Below are positions 31,539 through 40,442 of a stretch of 43,054 bases of DNA, piece after piece. A program made the position numbers and the translations under genes. The DNA lies in the IMG/VR virus record IMGVR_UViG_3300045988_145297; one strand, given 5' to 3'. The notes under the pieces were generated by a model. That model saw only the letters and a program-made list of their open reading frames with translations, was not told where the DNA came from and searched no databases. The DNA is from a virus. Position 1 is the stretch's first letter. Each line of letters begins with the position of its first letter.

Positions 31539-33884
31539 TTAAAAATTGAATGTATAATCACTGTCTGGTTCTTTCAATTTCAATCCGACATAATACCAGC
31601 CGTCTCTTCTTTTAACTCTGAGTAATTTCTTACTCATCTCTCGGCCGAATTTATTTAAACTCATCTTGTATTCTTCAGATTCTTTTGCCCATTCATGGTA
31701 AGCGTCATACATTTCTCTAGCCTTAATTGAATAATTCTGACCAGTAGTGCAACACTCTTCTAAGAATGCGTCTAAAGGATCCATCTCTGCTCTGTAGGCT
31801 TCGATAACCTTGGTGACTGCCTCTGGATCTTCTAGGCCCTCCTGTTGCCACATAATAGCACCCTGAACGATCCAATTGAGTATGCCAGTATATTCTGCCT
31901 TAAGCTTGTATTCTAGTTTCTTATCGACTTTTTCTTTAGGAATTTGAATATTAAAGGGGATGATCTTAATTCTTCTCCAGATACCATCATCTGTACCTCT
32001 GATAATTGGTAAGTGATTAGTTGCCATCCAGATCTTAAACTTAGGCTTGTATTCAAATTCAGAACCATAGAGGAATCTAGCTAAGATCTTGTCTCCACCA
32101 GTTAATTGTTTTACCAGTGATTCATCAAATCTGTCTCCCTCATTTAATTCCGAACTGGTAACAATTCTCGCTCCCTCTAGTCTGGCAACATCGGAGTTGG
32201 CCGATCCGCTTTGATTTTTCTTAGCCACAATAGTTTGAACATTCATTTGTTTAGCGTAATTACCAGCCACATCACTGACTACATTTGAAAATACTGATTT
32301 ACCATTGCGCCCTCTACCATTAAGAATGAATAAACATTGTTCATCGACTGAACCTGTGAAACTATAACCAATAGCTTTCTGCACGTAATGGATCAGCTCT
32401 TGGTCATTATTAAAGATCTGATTTAAAAACTTGTTCCATAATGGAGCGTCCACATTGTCAGAGTATTCGCATACCGTTTGATGGCTAAAGTTTTTATCAA
32501 TGTCATGGTCTTTAAGCTCTCCATTAGTTAAATCAACATAGCCTGATTCAGTATTAAGTAGCATATCGTCCTTATCAAAGTCTCCGTGCTTGATAATTAC
32601 ATACTTCTTAAACTCATCTATCATGTGCATCTTAGCCATATGAGAACGTGAATCTTTTTGAAATCTGTACCATTCGTTCATCATTTTGTCTTCTTCGGTT
32701 TTAGTTGAGAAACTTAGTTCTGGCTTTTCAGTTTTAATGGAGTTAACTACACGCTCAGCTGCAAGTTCTGTTTTTTGGTTACCTACATCTTCTTGCCAGT
32801 AAGAACCATTGAAGAAAAACCACTTCTTATCGACAGCATTATATTTAAGAACTGTAGAAAATTGATCGCGCATTCTAAGCCCTCTACCTTGATCGTCCCA
32901 GGAACGAGGTATGAACTTCTTAGTTTTGTCTTCATTGAAAGAAAACTGATAAAAAGATTCAGAATCCTGATTGTCACTTTCAGGATTGTAGATGTTCTGC
33001 GTTTCATTGATTGCCTTATTAAGCAATGATGTTCCATAGGTAACTGCACCATGCTTTTCGTCAAACTTTTCACGCATTAAACTTGAATTACGGAAGATAG
33101 TATCCATCTTGTGGAAGTCTCTACCCGTCCAGAAAGCTAAGTCGTTTGCGAAAGCCATATCAGCTTCGGAATGTGATGAGTAGAATTGCTCCCACCCACC
33201 TTTCATGAACATAGTGAACCGTGTGCCAGTCTTAGCTGAATTTTCAGCTCTCTTAATGATTTCAGCAACGGATAAATCTACTGGAGTAATATTGTCACTT
33301 TCTGAATGGAGTTGAACTATATTATCTTTGCCAAACAAAAATTCATATAGAGTTTTCATTTCATCATCCGACATAGATTTAATGGTCGGATCAGGAATAA
33401 TATTGTTACCAGTCAAGGCAAAGAAACGTCCTGTTTGGTACATTTCGTAATTACCTTTTCTACGTCTTTTGCCAGGTATTTTGCCTTTAAAGATTGCATG
33501 TATTCCTGTGCCTGACTGACTAACTTCCATGTAGGTGTTGTCTGTAAGGTCTTGAAATTTATTTACTAGATTATTGGGGTCATTATCCCCTGCTTGCCAG
33601 TCCTCTAAATTACTGTCAATATGGTCGATATCTAAGCCAACATAACCATTTGCAAAGTAGAATGCGAGCCCGTCCGCTCGCTCTACATCGTTTAACGCAC
33701 GCATTGCTGTATCAAAGTCTGACCAAGTATTAGGATCATTGGATTTACCAGCCGATCCATCATAAGGATTGATAGGAATCTTTGTATTTTTATTTCTTTC
33801 AGGAATCCACTTAAGTTCAAACAATCCCCATTGCTTTAGGCTACGTAGTTCTTCAGGGATATTGTCATAAGTAAATTTTTCCAT
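31539..33884 (-). CDS. Bifunctional primase-polymerase / D5-P4-type SF3 helicase
   Basis: 781 aa with an N-terminal prim-pol region (GLDIDH), a central D5_N-like region, and Walker A NGRGRNGKS with a P4-family C-terminus. Confidence 0.94.
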   Translation of the reverse strand: MEKFTYDNIPEELRSLKQWGLFELKWIPERNKNTKIPINPYDGSAGKSNDPNTWSDFDTAMRALNDVERADGLAFYFANGYVGLDIDHIDSNLEDWQAGDNDPNNLVNKFQDLTDNTYMEVSQSGTGIHAIFKGKIPGKRRRKGNYEMYQTGRFFALTGNNIIPDPTIKSMSDDEMKTLYEFLFGKDNIVQLHSESDNITPVDLSVAEIIKRAENSAKTGTRFTMFMKGGWEQFYSSHSEADMAFANDLAFWTGRDFHKMDTIFRNSSLMREKFDEKHGAVTYGTSLLNKAINETQNIYNPESDNQDSESFYQFSFNEDKTKKFIPRSWDDQGRGLRMRDQFSTVLKYNAVDKKWFFFNGSYWQEDVGNQKTELAAERVVNSIKTEKPELSFSTKTEEDKMMNEWYRFQKDSRSHMAKMHMIDEFKKYVIIKHGDFDKDDMLLNTESGYVDLTNGELKDHDIDKNFSHQTVCEYSDNVDAPLWNKFLNQIFNNDQELIHYVQKAIGYSFTGSVDEQCLFILNGRGRNGKSVFSNVVSDVAGNYAKQMNVQTIVAKKNQSGSANSDVARLEGARIVTSSELNEGDRFDESLVKQLTGGDKILARFLYGSEFEYKPKFKIWMATNHLPIIRGTDDGIWRRIKIIPFNIQIPKEKVDKKLEYKLKAEYTGILNWIVQGAIMWQQEGLEDPEAVTKVIEAYRAEMDPLDAFLEECCTTGQNYSIKAREMYDAYHEWAKESEEYKMSLNKFGREMSKKLLRVKRRDGWYYVGLKLKEPDSDYTFNF

Positions 33885-33897
33885 CTACATCACCTAC

Positions 33898-34131
33898 TTA
33901 ATGAAACAAGCTGACAAACCACTGGATTGCTGCTCCAATGAAATTTGGTAAAAGTGCAATAAACAAGAAAATTAGAGTAATGAAAAATGCTGGAATAAGT
34001 CCTTCTATAATTGCTTGTTTTTGAATCTTTTTGAATGGAGTTTCAAATGCATCGCTAAATGTCATAGCTAAAAGTAATAGCCAAATTTCTCCAACCAATA
34101 GATACCAGAGTATCAACATTACTTTTATCAT
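33898..34131 (-). CDS. Small hydrophobic membrane protein
   Basis: 77 aa with 2-3 TM segments and AGGAG 7 nt upstream. Confidence 0.62.
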   Translation of the reverse strand: MIKVMLILWYLLVGEIWLLLLAMTFSDAFETPFKKIQKQAIIEGLIPAFFITLIFLFIALLPNFIGAAIQWFVSLFH

Positions 34132-34141
34132 TCGTTAACTC

Positions 34142-34777
34142 CTAAAATGGTAAATCGTCATCTGTTAAGGTCTTGCCGTTAGTTTCAGCAAAAGGATCTT
34201 GACCGTCTTTAGTTGCTGGATTACTATCTGCTAATTGCTGAGCAACACCTGCTTGAAGTTTGTACTTAGTCTTGTACCAGCCAATGTATGAGGGTTGGTC
34301 ATTTCCCGGTTTAAAGTAAATTGGAGTTGATTCGTTACGTTTTGTTTTTTTACCTTGATATTCATCTTCACGAACAGTAACTGATGCACGGACTGGTTTA
34401 TTGAATAAAGCATTCATATACTCTTCAATTGACTTAAAGTTTGTTGCTGGAACACCAGCCACTTTAGCAATGTGGTTAAGTACTTTAGGATCATACTTGC
34501 CACTGTCATTGCCAGAACTATCTTTCAGAGTCCAAACTGAAACGAAAACGTGACGCCCATGTTGTTTAGCATTAGTTTTAGAAAGCTCAGCTACTTGATC
34601 TAGATCTTTACGAACTACTAGATCGAAGTTTAAGTATTCATGAGGGTTGTTGCCTTTAGTAGCTCTAACTTCCACCGACTTGATAATCATTTCATACGTT
34701 CCTGCTGGAAGTGGTGTATTCTGTCTTTCATTTTCGTAATTTACTTTATCGGGGTTAAAATCTAAAAATCCTGCCAT
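34142..34777 (-). CDS. DUF669-like single-stranded DNA-binding protein with SSB-type acidic tip (DDDLPF)
   Basis: 211 aa ending in ...GKTLTDDDLPF. It lies between the Sak4-like/helicase and primase genes. AAGGAG is upstream. Confidence 0.78.
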   Translation of the reverse strand: MAGFLDFNPDKVNYENERQNTPLPAGTYEMIIKSVEVRATKGNNPHEYLNFDLVVRKDLDQVAELSKTNAKQHGRHVFVSVWTLKDSSGNDSGKYDPKVLNHIAKVAGVPATNFKSIEEYMNALFNKPVRASVTVREDEYQGKKTKRNESTPIYFKPGNDQPSYIGWYKTKYKLQAGVAQQLADSNPATKDGQDPFAETNGKTLTDDDLPF

Positions 34778-34790
34778 TGTTTATTTCTCC

Positions 34791-35096
34791 TTAAATTAAT
34801 TCACTTGAAATTGCGTTATTTACTATGTTTAATACATCATCTTCTGAAGCTTCAAGAGTTGGCTTGGTAATTAACCATTTCATTTCTACATGATCGTCAT
34901 ACAGAGGCTCAATAATCTTTTGCCAAAAATTCAAATCATTCAATTGTTCAAAGGTAATATGTTCTCCTGGTTTCAAGAATCCTTTTTTTACGCAATATAG
35001 TTCTAATTTATTAAATTTATCCAAGTACTCTTTTGCTTCTCTTAAAGCCCGTTTTGCTTTTACTATTTTCATGTTTTTTTCTATGCTATTCTCCAT
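34791..35096 (-). CDS. Hypothetical protein
   Basis: 101-aa ORF. Confidence 0.68.
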   Translation of the reverse strand: MENSIEKNMKIVKAKRALREAKEYLDKFNKLELYCVKKGFLKPGEHITFEQLNDLNFWQKIIEPLYDDHVEMKWLITKPTLEASEDDVLNIVNNAISSELI

Positions 35097-35247
35097 TTTT
35101 ACTATCCCTGTAATAAATCTTTAAATATGTTTCATAATTTTTACTGTATCCGTGAGTTCGAATGACGTTATGATTCGCAATAAAATCATTAATTTGCTTT
35201 TTATGCTCATCATCGAACTTATAAACTTTATTTTTTATTTTGGTCAT
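35086..35247 (-). CDS. Small hypothetical ORF (53 aa), not in the supplied track
   Basis: Hand translation gives MTKIKNKVYKFDDEHKKQINDFIANHNVIRTHGYSKNYETYLKIYYRDSKNGE. It fills an otherwise empty gap but has a weak SD. Confidence 0.4.
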   Translation of the reverse strand: MTKIKNKVYKFDDEHKKQINDFIANHNVIRTHGYSKNYETYLKIYYRDSKNGE

Positions 35248-35250
35248 TTG

Positions 35251-35409
35251 TTAAATTTCATAAGTAATGATTGCTTCATAGTTTGAATTGTTTGATGTAT
35301 ATTGAACATCAATAACTTTTCTATTGAATTGATTAGAAAAACGTTCTATATCAAATTCAAATTCATTTTTTTCACACTTAGGTCTAGTAATGATTTTTGT
35401 TTTAATCAT
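35251..35409 (-). CDS. Small hypothetical ORF (52 aa), not in the supplied track
   Basis: Hand translation gives MIKTKIITRPKCEKNEFEFDIERFSNQFNRKVIDVQYTSNNSNYEAIITYEI. An ATGA overlap with the helicase stop suggests translational coupling. Confidence 0.5.
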   Translation of the reverse strand: MIKTKIITRPKCEKNEFEFDIERFSNQFNRKVIDVQYTSNNSNYEAIITYEI

Positions 35410-36773
35410 TTAATTAATCCTTTTGCCTTGGCTCTGTGCCATGCCCATCCTGGTTTATGTCCCATAGCTTTACCGTAAATTGCAAACTCTTTGAAAGAAG
35501 TAAAAGTACTAGGATCTCGAAGTAATAACTCCTGTTCCTTCTTTTTACGTTCTCGCATTTCTTTTGCATCAAGGTTGATCTTTTCAAGCTCGGCTCTCTT
35601 GTCTTCTGCTAATTTTCTAAATTCAGCTTCAAAACTATAACCGCATAGTGGGCATTTATGATAACTAGCCATGATTACTCCAAAACAGTTGGGACAAGTT
35701 TTAATGGCTATTCCATCACTACCTCCCTCTCTTTGTGGGTGTTTAGCACGATCTTCTAGTGTCCACACTCTATCCATATCTGGTAAGCCAAAACGGGTAT
35801 AGTTAGCCACTTGGTCGATTATTATTGCTTGCTTATCTGGCTGATATCTCATACATCTCATAGATTGTTGAATGAATAAAGATAAAGATTGCGTAGGCCG
35901 TAACATTATTACTGTTTCACAATCTGGGACATCTACTCCTTCACCATATAGTTCAGCATTTACAAGGATTTTTATTTTTCCATCTCTAAAATCTTGCATT
36001 GCTTTATCTCTATCCTCTTTTTTGGTTTTTCCGTCTACTTCTTTTGCTGGGATGTTATTCTTGTTAAATTCTTTTGCAATTTGTTGGCAAGAATGAACAC
36101 TATATGAATAGATAATTGCCTTGGTGTTATTAGCGAACTTATGGTAACTTTGTATAACATCTCCATATACAATATTTTTACCCGCATTTTCTATAGACTT
36201 GTGTGTATAGTCTCCAGTTGATGATTTTTTCAGCTTAGTTTGATCTATTAGATTTACGGAGTAATAGGTATATGGCGCTAAATAATGATTTTCTATAAGC
36301 CATGATATTTTTGGCCCTAGTACTAAATCATCGTAGATATCTTTAAAACCTTTTCCTGATAATCTAACTGGGGTGGCTGTAAATCCTAAAATGTGTGCAT
36401 TCTTAAAATGATTAAAAATCTTCTTATATGTTTTTGCCAAACTATGATGAGCTTCATCTACCAATATATAATTGGGGGTCATAAGCTTTTCTAATCTTCT
36501 CGATGCCGTTTGTACCATATAAATTTCGCACAAATTCATATTTACTCCCCATGAAGAAAAAGTATTTTTTATTTGTTTTACTAATTCTCTTCGATGAACA
36601 ACAAATAGTACTCTTTCACCATTACTGGTAATTCTTTTTGCTAATTCGGCCATTGTTATAGACTTTCCAGAGCCAGCTGGCGATTGAATTAAGACGTTTT
36701 TGTGCCCGTGCTTAAGAGATAATCGTAAATCATCAATTAACTTTTTCTGATAACTTCTAATCGGCATGTCCAT
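35406..36773 (-). CDS. DEAD/DEAH-box (SF2) helicase with C-terminal zinc ribbon
   Basis: Walker A SPAGSGKS, DEAH (LVDEAHHS) and a helicase-C region are present, with a CPNC...CPLC ribbon. The probable start is 36773 (the track start is 36809). Confidence 0.92.
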   Translation of the reverse strand: MDMPIRSYQKKLIDDLRLSLKHGHKNVLIQSPAGSGKSITMAELAKRITSNGERVLFVVHRRELVKQIKNTFSSWGVNMNLCEIYMVQTASRRLEKLMTPNYILVDEAHHSLAKTYKKIFNHFKNAHILGFTATPVRLSGKGFKDIYDDLVLGPKISWLIENHYLAPYTYYSVNLIDQTKLKKSSTGDYTHKSIENAGKNIVYGDVIQSYHKFANNTKAIIYSYSVHSCQQIAKEFNKNNIPAKEVDGKTKKEDRDKAMQDFRDGKIKILVNAELYGEGVDVPDCETVIMLRPTQSLSLFIQQSMRCMRYQPDKQAIIIDQVANYTRFGLPDMDRVWTLEDRAKHPQREGGSDGIAIKTCPNCFGVIMASYHKCPLCGYSFEAEFRKLAEDKRAELEKINLDAKEMRERKKKEQELLLRDPSTFTSFKEFAIYGKAMGHKPGWAWHRAKAKGLIK

Positions 36774-37323
36774 AGTTCCCTTTTCTAGTAGGGATTGTGA
36801 CTGCTTCAATAGGATCCCAGCCTCTTTTTATTCTTGAACTAGCGGTTGCCATTGGTATGCCATATACTTTTTCCCATTGGGTTAAATTTTTAGTTTCGCC
36901 ATTAATAGTGACATTGACATAATGCCTATCTGGAGTTTCAAGTGCTTTTTGTGGTGACATACCTTCATTTACACGTTTAAGAATTGTGGTGTAGCTAAAA
37001 TTACTTTTATCAGCCCATTCTGCAACTGTTTCGCCATTGATGATGTGATTATTTCTTCTATTGTTTTGTTGAGTTTTTTGGCTTACCCATCTGCAATTTG
37101 ATGGTTCATAATTGCCATTTACATTTATACGATCAAGAGTTAGCCCTTTTTCATATCCATGATTGTTTGCCCAATTATAAAAATCCCAAAAATTATTTTT
37201 CCATTCAGAGCAAACTGATATTCCTCTAGCTCCATATGCTTTAAATTTATGATTATTAGGATTGCAACAACGTTGTTTCATGCCATTCCATACTCCATAC
37301 AACGGAATATCTTTTACTCTCAT
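36757..37323 (-). CDS. Phage DNA-binding protein (YGVWNGMKQRC..YGARGI..DRIN.NGNYEPSNCRW motif) with two C-terminal HTH-like repeats
   Basis: 188 aa. The N-terminal motif is widespread in phage homing-endonuclease-like DNA-binding proteins. The repeats are NGETVAEWADKSNFSYTTILKRVNEGMSPQKALETP and NGETKNLTQWEKVYGIPMATASSRIKRGWDPIEAVTIP. Confidence 0.75.
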   Translation of the reverse strand: MRVKDIPLYGVWNGMKQRCCNPNNHKFKAYGARGISVCSEWKNNFWDFYNWANNHGYEKGLTLDRINVNGNYEPSNCRWVSQKTQQNNRRNNHIINGETVAEWADKSNFSYTTILKRVNEGMSPQKALETPDRHYVNVTINGETKNLTQWEKVYGIPMATASSRIKRGWDPIEAVTIPTRKGNYGHAD

Positions 37324-37991
37324 TTATCTTGCACCTCAAAAAAATCTTCCACTTTACAGCCTTTACGGCCATCTAAACGATTTTTAGCATAGGTATCTAT
37401 ACTTCCTTGCATAATCAAGCCACGCTCTCCCGTCTGTGGTTTTTGAACCATACGGGCTACTACATCACAGTTGCCTAAGATGTAATCTCTAGGATTAGGT
37501 CTAATATCTGGTCCGTATTGCATAAATTCTTGACCGCTTGGATCAGTTACCTTATTTTGTGCCTCCCATGCGGTCACTAAAATATTGATATTCCAGCTAA
37601 AGCATTTAGCAATAAACCTAGTGATAAGCGTAGTCCATTCGTTATAGTCAGACATCTTATTGTCTAACCCTGTTCTTGTCTCACGAGCTTTTTCGATAAA
37701 AAACAATTTTTGCAAATTGCTAACGTTATCAATAATCAAGTTATCGTACTTGTCTGGTTTAAAAGCTTTTACAAAGTCTGCTAGATCTTCAATTGGCTTT
37801 TCTGGATCAATTGACCAGATATCATTTTTGCCTTTCCAGAAATCAATTCTGTGGAAGCTATCATCTAAGCTAAGCAGGTAAGTTTTTCCTTTAAGATATT
37901 TACTCAAAGTTGTTTTTCCAACACCAGGCACGCCATATACAAGCCAACGATACTTAGTACCTTTATCCTCGTCCCATTTAAATGCTGGCAT
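37320..37991 (-). CDS. AAA_24 / Sak4-like RecA-fold ATPase (recombination-associated)
   Basis: Walker A is YGVPGVGKTT. The size of 223 aa and the synteny with DUF669-like SSB and helicase support the call. Confidence 0.85.
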   Translation of the reverse strand: MPAFKWDEDKGTKYRWLVYGVPGVGKTTLSKYLKGKTYLLSLDDSFHRIDFWKGKNDIWSIDPEKPIEDLADFVKAFKPDKYDNLIIDNVSNLQKLFFIEKARETRTGLDNKMSDYNEWTTLITRFIAKCFSWNINILVTAWEAQNKVTDPSGQEFMQYGPDIRPNPRDYILGNCDVVARMVQKPQTGERGLIMQGSIDTYAKNRLDGRKGCKVEDFFEVQDK

Positions 37992-38257
37992 TAGTACTCA
38001 TCTACTTTCTGTTTATCTGCTATTTTCCCTAATTTAATAATTGCTTCATCATAAACTGCTCTAATCGTGACAATAAATTGTTCTTCTGGTTTTCCATGAA
38101 AACTATCTAGATTATCCGGACGCTTGCTTTTTAACCATCTTTTTGCTTTACCGATATAACCATTGTTTTGCTTGAGCGCCTCTTCAACTAATTTATTGGG
38201 CCATTCTTTGATAGCTTGCTCAACATCGTATTGCCACTTTCTAAATTCATCACTCAT
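37991..38257 (-). CDS. Hypothetical protein
   Basis: 88-aa ORF with GGAGGA 8 nt upstream. Confidence 0.7.
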   Translation of the reverse strand: MSDEFRKWQYDVEQAIKEWPNKLVEEALKQNNGYIGKAKRWLKSKRPDNLDSFHGKPEEQFIVTIRAVYDEAIIKLGKIADKQKVDEY

Positions 38258-38600
38258 TGCTTAAATCCTCCATGTGGTAGCAATCTGTTAGAATTTCCAT
38301 GAGATAATCTTGTGACCAACCGTTATCAATTGCGTCTAAAATCTCATCGAAGAAATTAAATTCAGTTGTATCCATTTCATGAGTAAGATCCGATACACCT
38401 AGCAAATGTAATCGATAATTTAAAAACTCTGCAGGAGTATGGAAATCTGAATCTAACACATTCGAATTGTTGCTAATGATGTACAAATTGTCACCGCACC
38501 ATACAGCTAGTGAATCAGTACCTTTTAGTCGATTAATTCGCTCCATGTTTCCATTGTCATTGATTGCGCCTAATAACTCTTTGCCTGTTTTTGCTTCCAC
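38250..38600 (-). CDS. Hypothetical acidic protein
   Basis: 116 aa with a GTG start after GAGGTG. Confidence 0.68.
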   Translation of the reverse strand: MEAKTGKELLGAINDNGNMERINRLKGTDSLAVWCGDNLYIISNNSNVLDSDFHTPAEFLNYRLHLLGVSDLTHEMDTTEFNFFDEILDAIDNGWSQDYLMEILTDCYHMEDLSNE

Positions 38601-38719
38601 GGTTCTGCCACCTCTTTATATTTATAGTATGCGTTACTGCATAATAGCTTTGCTTCATTACTTTCTTTTAAAGGATTGGTATGCTTAATCCCTTGTAATA
38701 GTTCGCTTAAACGTTTCAT
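38570..38719 (-). CDS. Small hypothetical ORF (49 aa), not in the supplied track
   Basis: Product MKRLSELLQGIKHTNPLKESNEAKLLCSNAYYKYKEVAEPWKQKQAKSY, with AAGAGGT 5 nt upstream. Confidence 0.45.
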   Translation of the reverse strand: MKRLSELLQGIKHTNPLKESNEAKLLCSNAYYKYKEVAEPWKQKQAKSY

Positions 38720-38729
38720 TATTTACCTC

Positions 38730-38879
38730 TTAGATATTCGGAAAAATTGCATTGTACATAACGAATGTGAATGAAACTAATGCTAGAATTGCAGTAAACA
38801 TAGTTGCTAGTTCTGTTTCCCTTACTGTAAAGTTAGTGCCCATAAACTTATTAATTTTGTAATTAATCCATTTGCTCAT
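38730..38879 (-). CDS. Small ORF (49 aa) with C-terminal TM segment, not in the supplied track
   Basis: Product MSKWINYKINKFMGTNFTVRETELATMFTAILALVSFTFVMYNAIFPNI, with GGGAG 7 nt upstream. Confidence 0.5.
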   Translation of the reverse strand: MSKWINYKINKFMGTNFTVRETELATMFTAILALVSFTFVMYNAIFPNI

Positions 38880-38890
38880 TTTTTTACTCC

Positions 38891-39106
38891 CTAAACTAAA
38901 CCAAACTGTTCATTGTAGAGTTTTTGTGACTTCCACTCTAGAAACTCTTCAAATCTTTTAGCCTTAACGTGACATCTTCGTTGGCTTTCCATTATAATTG
39001 CATCTTTATATGGTGAAATTTGACATTCCTCACGTCTTCTACGCCATGTTGAGTATGACCAGCCGTACTTCTTTTGAATCTCTTTAGGCGTTAAAATATC
39101 AGCCAT
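38891..39106 (-). CDS. Small DNA-binding protein, excisionase/MerR-like HTH (tentative)
   Basis: The ATG at 39106 follows AAGAGGTG. Product MADILTPKEIQKKYGWSYSTWRRRREE... resembles excisionase-family HTH proteins. Confidence 0.6.
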   Translation of the reverse strand: MADILTPKEIQKKYGWSYSTWRRRREECQISPYKDAIIMESQRRCHVKAKRFEEFLEWKSQKLYNEQFGLV

Positions 39107-39118
39107 TCTAAGCACCTC

Positions 39119-39307
39119 TTATAAGTTGAAATCTCTAATTACCTTTAAGATGAACCGATTTCCTTTAGGTGCTTTAATGCGTCCTGAAAGATAATCTGTT
39201 ACATCTTGTTTAGGAATGCCGTAGGCACTAGCTAGTTTTGAAATGCTTATACTATTTTCTTTTAAATACTTTTTAATTAGGTCTCTTCCTGGTTCGATTG
39301 TTGGCAT
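39119..39307 (-). CDS. Small HTH protein
   Basis: The ATG at 39307 follows GAGGTGA. The motif ISISKLASAYGIPKQDVTDYLSG is an HTH. Confidence 0.68.
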   Translation of the reverse strand: MPTIEPGRDLIKKYLKENSISISKLASAYGIPKQDVTDYLSGRIKAPKGNRFILKVIRDFNL

Positions 39308-39324
39308 TCTATTCACCTCACTCT

Positions 39325-40032
39325 TTACTTCACTAAAAATCCATATTGTTCAATCTGTTGAATTGCTGCATCAGTGTAAAGCCATTCTGGCAAATCACCG
39401 TTTTGAATCCACTTGCCAAAACGATTGCTTTCTGGAACTGGAGCCTGCAACTTTAACTTTTGCGCCATCTGCTCAATTCCCCAGCCATTAGTTCCAAAAA
39501 TCTTGCCTACTTCGTTTGCTGTGTGGAAGTTCTTGGGTTCAGGCTGTTTTTCCTTAACTGGTTCACCAATCAAGTCATTTGCAATTTGAGTTAGTAACTC
39601 TTGTTGCTTTCTTGTATCTTTCATAGATTTAGCAACTCTATAAAGTAAACTAGCTTTTCTTGTCTCAGCATTTTGTCTGGAAATTTCAATGCGCTCTTTC
39701 TGCATTAGTTTTGGACGTTCGCTTTGATTCCTAATTTGCTGTTCCATTTTGTTAAATGCCTGAATGTACTTGAGTTTGAAGTCTAAAGCTTTCTTACCTG
39801 TAAAACCCATAGCCAATAATGTGAAACCATCCCGGTTCATATAAATCATTGGATACTCTTTACCACGATTTACATAGGTGCTTTCAACAAACATTTTTTT
39901 CGTGGCGCAATTTTGCGCTGCCAAATTTTTCCATGCTTTCAATACGTCTTTATGCTGTTTTTCGAATGATTCAGCTACTTTTAAACTATCCGTCACAGCT
40001 TGACGATCTTTCATAATTACTAAATTGTTCAA
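39325..40032 (-). CDS. Rha-family phage regulatory protein (antirepressor-type)
   Basis: The N-terminus ...LVIMKDRQAVTDSLKVAESFEKQHKDVLKAWKNL is typical of the pRha domain. A TTG start lies 6 nt after GAGGTGA. Confidence 0.86.
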   Translation of the reverse strand: MNNLVIMKDRQAVTDSLKVAESFEKQHKDVLKAWKNLAAQNCATKKMFVESTYVNRGKEYPMIYMNRDGFTLLAMGFTGKKALDFKLKYIQAFNKMEQQIRNQSERPKLMQKERIEISRQNAETRKASLLYRVAKSMKDTRKQQELLTQIANDLIGEPVKEKQPEPKNFHTANEVGKIFGTNGWGIEQMAQKLKLQAPVPESNRFGKWIQNGDLPEWLYTDAAIQQIEQYGFLVK

Positions 40033-40090
40033 TTATTTTCACCTCGTTTTCTGCTAAACTGAAATCATCTGATAATAAGGAGATGATTTT

Positions 40091-40300
40091 ATGACTTTTT
40101 ATAATTGGGTAAAATCTTTGGAAATTATAAATACACCAGAAGGTGATCTGGTTCGAGATATACAAGATGATACTAACTTTCCAAAAGATTTAAATTCTTG
40201 GAAAGAATTATCAAATTACTTACCTTATGATGATAAAATTCAAGAAACTGCTAAAAATCTTTTTCAGAGCTATTTAACAGATACACACCATCATAAGTAA
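40091..40300 (+). CDS. YozE/SAM-like small protein, encoded opposite to the surrounding early operon
   Basis: 69 aa. MTFYNWVKSLEIINTPEGDLVRDIQDDTNFPKDL..W.ELSNYL matches the YozE_SAM_like pattern. An AAGGAG SD is partly inside a 9-bp hairpin (aaatcatct/agatgattt). Confidence 0.75.
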   Translation: MTFYNWVKSLEIINTPEGDLVRDIQDDTNFPKDLNSWKELSNYLPYDDKIQETAKNLFQSYLTDTHHHK

Positions 40301-40442
40301 TAGGTTTATCTCGATTTTGATATTTCCGTCTTAATTCGAATTCCTTGTACAGGCCCACCGGAATCTCAGTTAAGACTTTTCGATTAATCAGTTCTTGAAG
40401 TAATCTTTGAGAACTGATTTTTTCTAAATTTTCATTCATCAC
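40251..40442 (-). CDS. First gene of the lytic early operon (cro position; no obvious HTH)
   Basis: 63 aa with AGGAAGTGA 6 nt upstream, divergent from the repressor gene. The 3' 50 nt overlaps the convergent YozE-like gene. Confidence 0.62.
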   Translation of the reverse strand: MMNENLEKISSQRLLQELINRKVLTEIPVGLYKEFELRRKYQNRDKPITYDGVYLLNSSEKDF

